64,000 bases of DNA, taken from Octopus bimaculoides (taxonomy: Eukaryota). The notes under the pieces are model-generated. The model saw only the letters and a program-made list of their open reading frames with translations. It did not search any database and had not been told where the DNA came from. The position numbers and the translations under genes were made by a program. Below are positions 1-11,841 of this stretch, piece after piece. The stretch lies in NCBI RefSeq assembly GCF_001194135.2, contig NC_068989.1, positions 85,961,912-86,025,911 on the forward strand, read 5' to 3'. Position 1 is the first letter of the stretch; the number at the start of each line of letters is the position of its first letter.

Positions 1-880
1 CTACTGCATGAGGTCATGGGACTGACCTCTTTCGACGACCTGAAAAACTTCAATGGTGAAGTTTTTGCTACATACCACGAAGCCTGCCTTAAACGCAGCC
101 TGCTAGAAGACAGCGCTCAGAGGGACGCAACTATGGTGGAAGCAGCTACAATACGCTCAGCAAGGAGTCTTTGAAAGCTCTTTGCAGTACTACTGCAAAC
201 ATGCAAACTCAGTGATCCTGTAACCTTATGGGAGAAATACAAGGAAGACCTTTCAGAGGACTACCACCACCAAGGACAACTTCTGTTGCCTCACTTGAAC
301 ATCGGTTTCAATGATGAATTCTTCAACAGAGCACTCATTGACATTGAGGACAGCTTACTTATTACCACTGGTAATGACCTTTCATTTTATGGTCTTCTGA
401 AAGTCAGCAGAACGGGCTTGTACAAACTACCAACAGGTGTTATTCAGGAAACAGCCTACGATGTCGTGGCTCTTCAACAATACATCAAGGAAAATGAGCT
501 GAAGTTGCTTCAAGACCAGCAGCACACATACAGCACTGTCTACACTTCCATTTGTGAACACAAAGGAGGTATTTTCTTTTTAGATGCCCCAGGAAGAACT
601 GGTAAAGCATTCGTGACTAAACTCCTTCTTGCAAAAGTACGCCAGCAAAAGGGGATCGCCTTAGCTGTAGCTTCTTCCGGAATTGTCACGATTCTACTGC
701 CCGGGTGTAGGACGGCTCATTCGACCTTCAAACTCCTGTTCAATGCTTCTGCGTCCGACTCAGCCACCTGCAGTATTACAAAAGACTCAGACAAAGCAGA
801 AGTGCTGCGAAAGTGCCAGCTCATTGTTTGGGATGAATGCACCATGGCACATAAAGGAGCACTTGAAGCACTGATGACCA
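1..880 (+). mobile_element. Decayed Helitron Rep-helicase fragment (PIF1-family helicase, start of domain)
   Basis: Frame 1 from base 1 reads LLHEVMGLTSFDDLKNFNGEVFATYHEACLKRSLLED...SL*KLFAVLLQTCKLSDPVTLWEKYKEDLSED. It continues in frame into FFLDAPGRTGKAF (degenerate Walker A), ALAVASSGI, GCRTAHSTFKL and LIVWDECTM (Walker B), the typical Helitron helicase layout. In-frame TGA at 172-174. Similarity stops near 880 where a CA-rich repeat begins. Confidence 0.9.
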
Positions 881-929
881 CAGACACACACATGCACACA
901 TGTACACAAGTATGCACAAATTGTTCACT

Positions 930-1140
930 CATCTGAACGAGGCCGATGCCAGTGGCATGTAAAAAGCACCTACTACACTCTCGGAGTGGTTGGCATTAGG
1001 AAGGACATCCAGCTGTAGGAACATTGCCAGATCAGATTGGAACCTGGTGAGGCTTCCTGGCTTGCCAGGCCCCAGTCAAACCGTCTAACCCATGCCAGTA
1101 TGGAAAACGGATGTTAAATGATGATGATGATGATGATGAT
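930..1140 (+). mobile_element. Interspersed retro-repeat with (GAT)n tail (family C; SINE or RTE-like 3' end)
   Basis: Shares ggagtggttggc-ttaggaagg-catccagctgtag...aacccatgccag-atggaaa-cgga-gttaaa-gatgatgat with copies near 17176, 18950, 32690-33165, 43781-44220, 51110 and 53440. Confidence 0.75.
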
Positions 1141-1268
1141 TGAGAATATTTTACAGCAAAACAAATTTGTTTTTTGACACTACACAGTCTGGATTATAGA
1201 AAATCTTTTACAAAGCAAATCGTGTTACATAAAGTTTCACTGTGATTTTCATATTTCAATTTACACAG

Positions 1269-1286
1269 AATCACATTTCATTTCAG
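1269..1286 (+). CDS. Candidate 18-nt microexon (NHISFQ) of an unidentified plus-strand gene
   Basis: tttacacag|AATCACATTTCATTTCAG|gtaagt. Phase 0-0 fits the next candidate exon. Could instead be an AG|GT recursive splice site. Confidence 0.35.
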
Positions 1287-3129
1287 GTAAGTGAGCATCC
1301 AGAAAAATATTTTGCAGTAAGAAATTTGAAGCTTTTAGTATGTAAGTACAAACAGGTTGTTCTTGTTGTTATGGTTGGGAGGCAACACAAACACTGGATC
1401 ACTGTCATAAATGTATTTCACTTGTTAAGTAAGAGGTTTAGTGTAATCAACCACAGGACTTGTTTATGTATCAAGTGAGGGATGATAGATAAAGTTAGCT
1501 CCTATGGCATTTGAAGTTGGAGCATAAATACTGAGAGGGATTCAGGATGAGGCTTGTGAATGGGAGTAATAGACTGAAATGCTCACTCTTTCACTTTAAT
1601 GCATTTTTTTTTTAATTGACCTTGTGAGTGGTAATGAAAATATATGAATATACTGTAATATTGAACCATGCAATACAATATAGATTTGAGAGATAAAATA
1701 TTGTGTGTATGTGTGAGAGAGAGAGAGGAGAATGGAAAATAAATCTATCTTTTACTTGTTTCAGTCATTAGACTGTGGCCATGCTAGGGCACTACCTTCA
1801 AGGGTTTAGCTAAACAAATCAGCCCCAGAACTTATCTGTTAAGCCTGGTACTTATTCTGTCAGTTTTTTTTTTTGCTAAACTACTAAGTTATGGGAATGT
1901 AAACAAACCAACAACGGTTGTCAAACAGTGGTGAGGGACAAGAACATATGCAAAAAATACACACACACACACACACACAGGACAAGTTTCTTTCAATTTC
2001 TGTTTCCCATATCCACTCACAAGGCTTTGGCCAACCAGGACTGAACCCAGAACTATATGGTTGGGGAGCAAACTTCTTACCTCATAGCCACAAGAATATA
2101 AAATTATCATGAATTAATGGTCAACCCTCTAAAGTGGCCACTCAGTCTTCTTGAATCAGCAGTCAAATAAGAGACACATTGGTCATTGTGATCATTTAAT
2201 GCATCGTCTCAATGAAAGACAAGATGGTCATGCTTGAATGCATTTGACCATAGGTCTTTTGGTCAGAGTTGACTGATAGTTAAACAACAGCAAAAGATAC
2301 ATGTACAAAATACTTAAACAGGAAAAAAATGTGGAACAGCCAATTGTGGCTTTCAGAACACCAAAAATTCTGCTCTCTGCCTTGATGCAAAAGTGAAGTT
2401 TGTAGGGTGGGGGGAGAGGAAAAAAGAAACAATGATTAATAGAGCTCCTTGTAATTTCTCTGTCCAGGAATGAACAAACTCAGTTAAACCACAGAAGCAG
2501 TCCTTGTGAACTAAACAACTCTAACATTATACAAAGTCCTAAAACATCTTGTGGATCTCCAGAACCAGTTCAATCTCTAAATCAAGTTTCTCAACTCAAC
2601 TCTCCATTTGTGAAGATCAATGTCAGATCTAATCAGAAACAAAAGGTATGACCTGTCTTTGCACATCTTTCACGCATCAGTCATGATCTGTATAGTTTTA
2701 ACCAATATTATCACAGCCTGTGCTGATGGACTGGCTCCTGTGCAGGTGGCACGTAAAATACACCATTTTGAGCATGGCCGTTGCCAGTACCGCCTGACTG
2801 GCCTGATGAGTTCAAATCAGCAGTGCCTAATTATCTCATTCCACCCAATCAATATTTGAATTATGGTAAATGGTCAATAATCTGTTTTTGATTTTTAATC
2901 AAAGCAATTTTACCTCACCTATGCTTCTAATATCCTCAGGAAATGCATGACTATTGCACATCACTTCTCCATTTCTATAAATTTACCTTCTTTCTGATCA
3001 AAAGAAAATATTTTTTTTACTGACCCCTCAATAAATAAATAATATTCCTTGTTTACACAATTAGTGTTTATTTCCTTCGCTTTAATAATTTTATTTCTAA
3101 TTTATTGATCTTTTGAAACTATTTTAAAG

Positions 3130-3217
3130 GAATCCGATAACTTTTTAGCTTCCCATTCTGGAGTTTCTCCTTCCAACAGCTTGAGCAGTATGGATGATAT
3201 CCCAAGAAATTTCTATG
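3130..3217 (+). CDS. Candidate exon, unidentified plus-strand gene (ESDNFLASHSGVSPSNSLSSMDDIPRNFY)
   Basis: tttaaag acceptor, open Ser-rich frame, consensus donor G|gtaagt. Confidence 0.55.
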
Positions 3218-3272
3218 GTAAGTTCTTGGTCTTTAGATTCACATATTTTTCTTCTTTTTTTGTTTCATTTAG

Positions 3273-3314
3273 GTTCAATGATTCAGGAACTGAGCTGGGG
3301 TTGCTTAGTCCCAG
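3273..3314 (+). CDS. Candidate exon (GSMIQELSWGCLVP)
   Basis: Strong polypyrimidine tract ending tttcatttag, phase 1-1, donor CAG|gtcggt. The preceding intron would be only 55 nt. Confidence 0.4.
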
Positions 3315-4572
3315 GTCGGTCCTGATTCACTAGATAGAACTATGATCGAAGGTGCTGCATCTGTGATAATACTGTTATTAAATAAAAGGAATACAATAAA
3401 TAGGAAATAGAGATAGTAACAAGTAATAAAGTGATACAATGAATACCACTTTATTAGCTGCCAGATATATAGCAAGTGATTATTTTGTGGGGTGGAGAAT
3501 AAAAAAGGGATTTTCAAAATGTAAAACCCAAAATTTAAACCTTACATTGCAGCTGTCAGATGAATGGATGTTTAGTAAATAGTCATTGGAGAGTAAGAAA
3601 ATAAGCACAAAAAGCATTTTAAAGTTAAAATATTTTCAAAATAAAAGATATTTTTTTTTTTACATTAAAAAATTCAAAAAGGTATTTCAAATTCTTAGTC
3701 TTTAATCTATAAATATACTTTCTTTAAAAACTTCTTCGTGTCACTGTTTCTTCTGTTTTGTAGTGATCATTGTATTTTTAAGTGTATCTGCTTTTTTAAC
3801 TTAGATTCTGTTCAAAATAGGAAAGTATCGTATCCTTGGATTACTGAGTTTAAGATGAAGGCACAATTTTTAATTGTTTCTTTTATATCCTCATCTACCC
3901 TGGAACTAATTGCAGCATCTTGATTTTGGGGATTAGCCACAATGTTATGTCCTGAGCTGAAAAAGTTTGGATTCATTCAATATTGTTATCGATTCCAATC
4001 ATCGATGTCTTTATCCTCATGACTATGTAAAGCATTTTCTGTGGATATTGTTTTTACTATCTGCATTATTTGTTCTTTCCCATCACCTAACATTAGAAGC
4101 CATCATTATACACTTCATCATCAAGCAAGAAAATAAATAAAAATATTCAATATGCATGCAAAAAAAATAAAATGATAGGTTTAACAGAATAATGTGTAGG
4201 TGATGTGAGTGCAGAGAGTTGCATTCTTGTGGTTGAGGAAAGAAATAGAGAAGAAACTTTTTTAATGTACCAAAATATATGACTTTCCTTATTTGCTATT
4301 TTATTGTTAGATTCAGATCATAGAGTAAAATCTAAGAGTGTTTCTTCTGAACTCTTGTATAAAGTCAATGATCCTGTGTTATATTCTGTTATTAGCATAC
4401 TTCTCATTCTATTTTCTTAGCTTTCCCTTTTATTCTTCTCAGTAACTTTAGGCATTGTGATGGAGTATATGACAGATTAAATAGACTTACAATTCAGCAG
4501 TCAGTATTTCGCATGTTGTTGGCATTGTAGTTATTTTATATCATCTGAACCTAAGTTTTGTGGGCTTTTAAG

Positions 4573-4607
4573 GTGCTGGTGATAAATTTCGGTTTCGTGG
4601 TGTTGAG
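4573..4607 (+). CDS. Candidate exon (GAGDKFRFRGVE)
   Basis: ttttaag acceptor, open frame, consensus donor GAG|gtaagt. Confidence 0.5.
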
Positions 4608-5049
4608 GTAAGTCACCCTCTAACTAGCATTCTAGTTTATCACTAGTAACATACCATGATAATTCTGGTGGTATCTCTTCCTATTGACGACTAGATGTGA
4701 CTGAGGCATTGTAGAATGAAGTGAATACAACAGCTTTGGTCCAGTACCTTATTACACTGGCCATCCACAGATCTTCAGATGATACAGGATGGGGTGGGGT
4801 TGCAAAACTGTCATGAGTTGCAACACTTTTAATTTATACTTTAGAGGTTAACTGGCAACATTGTATTGCAAACATATCTGATTCACTGCAACATGAAAAT
4901 AAAAACGAAACCTCTCATGATGTTGATGATGATTCATATATTCTTAATTCAAGGCATATTGTTTTCTCCAGATATTTGTTGATATTTCATTGTAAAATAC
5001 ACCCACTCACCCCACACAATACTGATATTTATCATTTGTTTTATTGTAG

Positions 5050-5154
5050 ATGATGTTAACAATACAAAGACAAGGAAACTAGATAAAGGACCTTTCACCA
5101 CACAAGATGACCCTAAAGAATCCGTTTCGAATGGCCTCTTTCTAACTATGGAAG
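5050..5154 (+). CDS. Candidate exon (DDVNNTKTRKLDKGPFTTQDDPKESVSNGLFLTME)
   Basis: tttattgtag acceptor and a 34-codon hydrophilic open frame. The donor (gttttt) is weak, so the 3' end is uncertain. Confidence 0.45.
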
Positions 5155-6531
5155 GTTTTTATCCTCTTAAAAAAAATATTCTATTTATTACCTGTTTAGT
5201 CCACATAACTCTATATCACTCACTCCAAGCTAACTCGTTCTAGTTAATTATTTGTACAAGTTGAAGACTGTCGGGCACCAAACTACATGCTTTACCAATA
5301 AATTGTCAGAGTTGTACCAGTCTAAGATAAAAAGGTTTTACAGTATTTGTTCTAATCCTTGGCACTCTGAGGTTAACTTTGCTTTACACCCTTTTCTGAT
5401 TTGGTAAAATAAAGTGCCAATCCAGTGCAGTGGATTGGTAGAACTGTAAGAAGATTGGTCAGGATGCTTTGTGATATTAGTTTTGGTTCTTTGTGCTCCA
5501 AGTTCAAATCTTACTGTGGCCTGCTTGGGTGATAAACTTAATATGTCACCCAGTTTAACATCGGCACCCTCCTTTGCAGACCCATTCTGATGTAAGTATT
5601 TGAGATATCTTTTTTTTTTTTTTTTGCTAGTTTGAAAATAACTTCCCTGCTTCTCTCAGTGTCAGAGGTCCTATGAACACGGGACATAGGCACTGTCTAA
5701 ACAATGAAAAAAAATGTAATTTTGTGCCTCAATAATCTAAGTTCAAATGTTCCTGGAGCCCACGTGACTTTTCATTCGTCTGGAATTGACAAAATAATTG
5801 CCAGTGGTGTATTGGAGCTGAGTTGCTTTGTGTCATTTATTATCACTGCTAACAGGTTTACAAAATAATCTTTTCTACTCTAGGCACAAGGTCTGACATT
5901 TTGGGAGAGGGGGGGGGGCAGTCGATCAGATCAACGCCAGTACACAGCTGGTGCTTAATTTATCAACCCTGAAAGGATGAAAGCAAAGTCGACCTCGGCA
6001 GAATTTGAACTCAGAACGTAAAGACAGACGAAATACATGGTTTACAAAATAATGTTGAAATTCAACATTGCTATGACCGAAGCTTTTCTATATTTATCTT
6101 TTAATATGAAGTTATTTTGCTGTGTCTAGGGCGAGTCATCATACCAATATAATTAACACACACGCTGGTTCAATTCCCCCACCACCACCCAATTCATTTA
6201 CTAAATGACCAATTTCTTTTGTTTTTGTCATGGCAAAAACAACAAGAAATTGATATTTAATAAATCAGTGGAATTGAACCAGTGTGTGTGTGGGTGTTAA
6301 TTATATTGGCATGATGATCCTCCCTTGAGACAACAAAATTTGTTTCAACACACAAATTCACATAAAGAATGTTGCAGTCATTGATGATATTCCACAGTGA
6401 GGCAGAAAACCTATTTTTAATTCTTGTAAACCTATTTTTAAACCTATCATCCTATGTTAGCATTGAATATAGATATGTACATTAAAAAAAATTTCTCTCT
6501 TTGACTATAATACCAGTGTTTTAATTTTCAG

Positions 6532-6583
6532 AATTGGACCAAGAACTGCAAACATTAAGCAATCAGTGGCAGCAGGTGTTTAA
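6532..6583 (+). CDS. Penultimate exon of unidentified plus-strand gene (ELDQELQTLSNQWQQVF)
   Basis: ttaattttcag acceptor, AA|gtaagt donor. Phase 2 matches the terminal exon. Helical, coiled-coil-like peptide. Confidence 0.7.
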
Positions 6584-7607
6584 GTAAGTCATATGTTCCA
6601 TTTATTTATATTATGTATTTTGAGAAGCATAGTGTTGTCGATTATAGGTTTCCAATGAGCCATTTACTTATTGACTATATTTCTGATAGGTCTCCAGTAA
6701 ATTGAGCAGAAGGGCCTAAGCACTGTGGTTTGCCATGAGGCTTTGGTCCTTCTCCGACTGACAAGCAGTTCTAATCTCCCATTAACTAGGCCCCTAGGTA
6801 GAATCAGATGCTTTACTTAGCTGTAGTTTTGTATATATGTATATGCAAGTACATACAAGTGTATACACACACACACACACACACATATATACACATAGAG
6901 GGGGGAGAGAAGAGTGAGAGATGAGAAGCAGGGAGAGTGGTATCTACATATGCACCAACACCTTTCTAGAGGAGCAAAGTTTGAATAAAAGTGAAGCCAG
7001 TGGCCTGGACAGCAGAGATAGAGTATAGATAAAAGTTGAGAGATTGGAGTTTTGCAGAGGAATCCTAAGTGTGATTTGCATGATAGTAAGGAAAATTGCT
7101 TTGCAGGTTAGACTTTAGTTTTTGGCATTTAGGGAGATTAGTGAGCCAGTATGCCATGGGGTCACAATAACTGCCTTGCAAGAGCCTTGTCTGAAGCATG
7201 CAGCAGTAAACTCTGCTAAAGGCACTCATGGCCAGGATGTAGTGAGTGTTGAGCCAAGCAGCATGATGTATGTAACCTCTTCGGTGGGATTTGAACTTAG
7301 AATGTAAAGATACATAACTTAATAACCAGAAGGCTGTACTGATTTTGCTGACAAACTACTACTACTAATAATTATAATTTTTAATCTAAATACAAACAGT
7401 AATTCTAAGGTGGGGCATAGTAAGTTAGGTTGATATCTCCTACTTAGAAAGAAATGTAAAGTTATGTAACTAAATACAAGGCATTCTCACAATTGTGCCA
7501 TCTACCACATTTTCCTACTTATCCAGAATTGGTTCAAGACCCCATCTAGGGAAAGAATTGAGTCAATTTTGTACTCTCGTTCCTCCTCACCAATAGTAAT
7601 AATAATT

Positions 7608-8000
7608 CTTTCTACTATAGGCAGGGGCAAGTCGATTACATCGACCCCAGTACTCAACTGGTACCTATTTTATCAACCCCGGAAGGCTGAAAGGTAAAGT
7701 TGTCCTCAACAGAATTTGAACTCAGAACGTAAAGCTGGAAGAAAAGCTGTTAAGCATTTTGTCCTGTGTACTAATGATTCTACCAGCTTGTCACCTTAAT
7801 AATCATCCTTTCTACTATAGGCACAAGGCCTGGCATTTTAAGAGAGGGTTAGTCAATTACATTGACCTCCAGTGCTTAACGGGTACTTATTTTATTGACC
7901 CTGAAAGGATAAGTCGACCCCGACAGAATTTGAATTCAGAATGTAAAGAGCCAGAAGAAATGTTGCTTAGCGTGTGCTAACGATTCTACCAGCTTGTCAC
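7608..8000 (-). mobile_element. Two tandem copies of tRNA-derived SINE family A
   Basis: Each copy contains caactggtac-tattttat-gaccc-gaaaggatgaaagg-aaagt-gacc...gaatttgaactcagaa. On the minus strand this gives a box-B-like GAGTTCAAATTC. Confidence 0.8.
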
Positions 8001-8057
8001 CAATTATACTAATTAATAACTGTTACCATTCATCTTTCTATTTTCTTCTTGTTTCAG

Positions 8058-8202
8058 TGACCTTCAGAAATTTGAGAAATATTATTCAAACAGATTGGAC
8101 AATCTGATTATAAAAGCTGAGAATTTGGAACATTCATGGACCACAAAGAAAGAAATATTGGCACAGAAGTTAAAATCATTATCTCAAAATTTCGAAATCT
8201 AA
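8058..8202 (+). CDS. Terminal coding exon of unidentified plus-strand gene (DLQKFEKYYSNRLDNLIIKAENLEHSWTTKKEILAQKLKSLSQNFEI*)
   Basis: Long polypyrimidine tract ending cttgtttcag, 47 open codons, TAA at 8200-8202, in frame with exon 6532-6583. Confidence 0.7.
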
Positions 8203-9248
8203 AGTAATTTTATTGGTATTTCTGATTCATTTAATGAACAATTTACCTTCATTACATTTCATTTGTTTTACGTAATCATTCTTCTTTCTCTCTGTATATG
8301 TATATTAGCTGGTATGGAATTTAATTAATAATTTCTAAACAGATACAAGGCCAGAAATTTGGGAGAGTTGATTATGTTGACCTTACAATTAGACTGGTAT
8401 TTTAATTTTATCAATCCAGGTTAGATGAAAAGCATAGTTAACCTTGGTAGGATTTGAATTCAGAATGTAAGGAACCAGAACAGTTTAATTTTATCTGATG
8501 CTCCAATATACCACCCTTTGAAGGGTAACAGTAATGTTTTCTGCTCTAACAATATATTTTAATTGCAAACAATTTTAGCAATCTTCAGTTTTAAATCACC
8601 AATTATTTTGCTTCCAATTTAAAGACAATACTATTAGTTATGACTGTAAGAAAGAATATGGACACTCCCAGGTTTGTCATTATGTTTTGGGTGCTCATTA
8701 GTCTGTCAGAATAATTTATTTTGTTATATCTAATTTCAGGTTAATTAAATTACAAAATAGAAAATCAAAACCTGGCTACTCAATACTGTTGTTTTTAATC
8801 CTTTAGCATTTAAACAGGCCATATCCAGCCCAAATATTCTACCTATTTTATGTTCAAACTGGTCAGATCCAGCCTCTCACATCAACCCTAAAATGTCATT
8901 CTAAAAATGAACAGTTACCTCATCAACATTTCAATGCTACAAGATAATGCATGATAAATCTAAAACAATGTGAATTCAGTAGAGATGATGTTTTAACAGT
9001 CATTCTATGGCAGGAACAAAGAATGACAGAGTTAACAGCTAAGATCCAAATCTAAATGATATTGGACACTCTAGTATTGAGACCAACAAATCCAGTGACA
9101 AAACTCAAGCTACTATCTTACCAATTACACTCAGAGTACCTGACATTCCAATTTTCATAAATTAGATGCTATGATGTCTAGAGTAGACAGCAATAATGTC
9201 ATTTATCAGTGTTATAATCTCCTTCATTTTCTGTCAGATTATGTTAAT

Positions 9249-9609
9249 AGGGCAGCAGACTCGCGGTCATAGGATCGTGGTTTCAATTCCCAGACCGGGC
9301 ATTGTGAGTGTTTATTGAGCGAAAACACCTAAAACTCCACGAGGCTCCAGCAGGGGATGGTGGCGAACCCTGCTGTACTCTTCCACCACAACTTTCTCTC
9401 ACTCTTACTTCCTGTTTCTGTTGTGCCTGTAATTCAAAGGGTCAGCCTTGTCACACTGTGTCATGCTGAATATCCCCAAGAACTACGTTAAGGGTACATG
9501 TGTCTGTGGAGTGCTCAGCCACTTGCACGTTAATTTCACGAGCAGGCTGTTCTGTTAATTGGATCAACTGGAACCCTCGATGTTATAAGCGACGGAGTGC
9601 CAACAACAA
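9249..9609 (+). mobile_element. Near-full-length tRNA-headed SINE (family D)
   Basis: Box-B-like ggtttcaattccc near the 5' end. The body (gctcagccacttgcacgttaatttcacgagcaggctgtt) recurs inverted near 19945-20210 and 46440-46565. Confidence 0.7.
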
Positions 9610-11802
9610 TGTTAATTCTACAATGTGAAAGTACATGCACGAGTGTTTTAGTGAAATGTCTTAAATGTGCCAGAGAGACAAAAAACTAAAACCTGTAGCA
9701 ATAGTTCAGAGCTGACCGAACAAAGTGTATTGTTGACTAACACTCCTGATACAGTTCTTGAGCTGATGGTTCAAGATACACTCATAATCTCTAGATTTCT
9801 TCAAAGAAGATGGGAGATGAAAGTGAATCAGTGATGTGAATGGCTTCAACTGAGAATGGAAAATGAAATTATGAATTAAGCCCACCATCTACATTACATA
9901 GTTCATTACAAATAAACCATATGTAAAAATGTATCAATTCACACACACGGTCAAAGAAGATATCCACTTGGTTTGAATATGTAAGGAATTTAACTACAGT
10001 TTAGATACAAAAAAGCAAGGTGAACTAAGACTCATCTGAAGCTCAGTGTTGGAGTAATTTGTTTCCTCATGCACAGGAGAAGGTAACTCAGTACTGAAAC
10101 TTACCAATTTATTTTGTATATTTTTTTTTATCAATGCTACCACTGTTTACAATAGAATTGTTTTTGTTTCTGTGATGGTGCCCATTTACAGCTAGGTGGA
10201 CTGGTGGGTCATCTGAGAGGTAGCTATCATGGCTGTGAAAAGAATACAATGTTGGTGACAGAATATAATGTGTTGACCATCTTAATCACAACCATATTTT
10301 ACACTTCCAACAAACACACAATAAGTCAAAAGTTGTAAATATTCAAAGAGAAAATCAGACATTTGATCAAAAATAGGCATTTATAAAGAAAAACCAAGCG
10401 AAATGGTAGTGTTTGTCACATTTTATTCTTTCAACAAAGAAAATCGCAGTTATATGGGGAATGGGGTGGGAGTAAGGACAAAATAATTATTATTGGAAAA
10501 AAAAAAAAGGGTGAAGTAACGTTTGTTTGAAATGTTCCCCTTAGTCTCCACTTTACTATTAATAATAAACTATGAATATTTTTTTTTTTTTTTTTTTGAG
10601 TAGATGAAAAATTCCGACAATGTATTTATGTTTGACAGCCAAGATCATAGAAGAACTGTGATTGACTGGACATGTCAAACTGGAATGAACGGCTCTCCAA
10701 GAGAGAAGAAGACCATTGATTGACAATAGATGACAGACTGTCCACGATTCCCACCCCTCCTTTAAAAAAAAAAAAGAAAAAAGAATTTTTGATATCCAAA
10801 ACAGTTGGGAAAGTAGTTTTGTTCTGTTTCTTAGATTTGTTTTTAAATAGACTTTTGATAAGTTCCATCAGAGTTAAAAAAAAAAAAAAAAAACCAATGA
10901 AATCCCTAAGTTTAACCTTGCGGCAAACGGGTTTTAAAAAAAAAAGATTTGAATATCTTCAGTCATTGACAGTCAATTGGTTTTCTTTTAATATGAGGGA
11001 TTCACAGCAATATTTTAAGATAACCCTCCCCAAAATCTGCAAATTTGTTTTTTAAAAAAGTACCCCGAAAAAAAAATTGAAACAAAAAAATTAAAAATTT
11101 TATATCACATGACACATGGCCTCCTGAAAAGTATTCTACACATGTAGTGTGTGTTTGCCGAGTGGGGTGAGAAGGAAGAATATAGATGTAATGGCACATG
11201 ACAGTAAGAACCATTGTTCTGTATATACCAATAGGACAATGTCCTAGCTATATCAAGGAGAGGTTTTGAACTCTTTTAGTACAGACCTTCAATACAGTGT
11301 ATTTGTGTGTGTGTGTGTGTGTACCCACTGAACATTGTTCCAGGAGGCCATTTAAACTCAGTAGTGTTTTCACCGTTGTTAACATATGAGACTGTTAGTT
11401 GCACCAGAACTTTGTGTCTGGTACAATTGACAGTCAATCACATAAATAGCTGTTGAACAGGCAGAAAGCAGTGACAAATGTAACAACACAAGGCCCAGCT
11501 GACACAGCTAAAAATGTCCCTGTGATACCAACTGGAAGCTAGTTTCTCTGAATAGACAGCAATGACAATGGATGAGAGGGAACAGATACTTAGCAAAGGA
11601 ACGGGCAACGAGAGTTGAGGTGGTGGATATGGTGGTGGGAGGAGAGAGAGAGAGAGAGAGAGAGAAAGAAAGAAATGAATCTAGACCTCCCCAGGAATAA
11701 AATCAAGCATTCTCTATCACAGGTTTTATTTTTCCAGGTATCTGGGGAGGAAGGCATTTAAAATTATATTTTATACTTTTAATTAAATTTTGTATTACCA
11801 CT

Positions 11803-11841
<39 letters not shown>

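Noticed and set aside
286-936. 216-aa ORF as a functional host PIF1 helicase gene
   Set aside because: Upstream in-frame stop, degenerate Walker A, truncation after Walker B and Helitron-type upstream sequence indicate a dead transposon fragment.
9249-9310. tRNA-like box A/B sequences in SINE heads as tRNA genes
   Set aside because: No complete cloverleaf; they continue into multi-copy SINE bodies.
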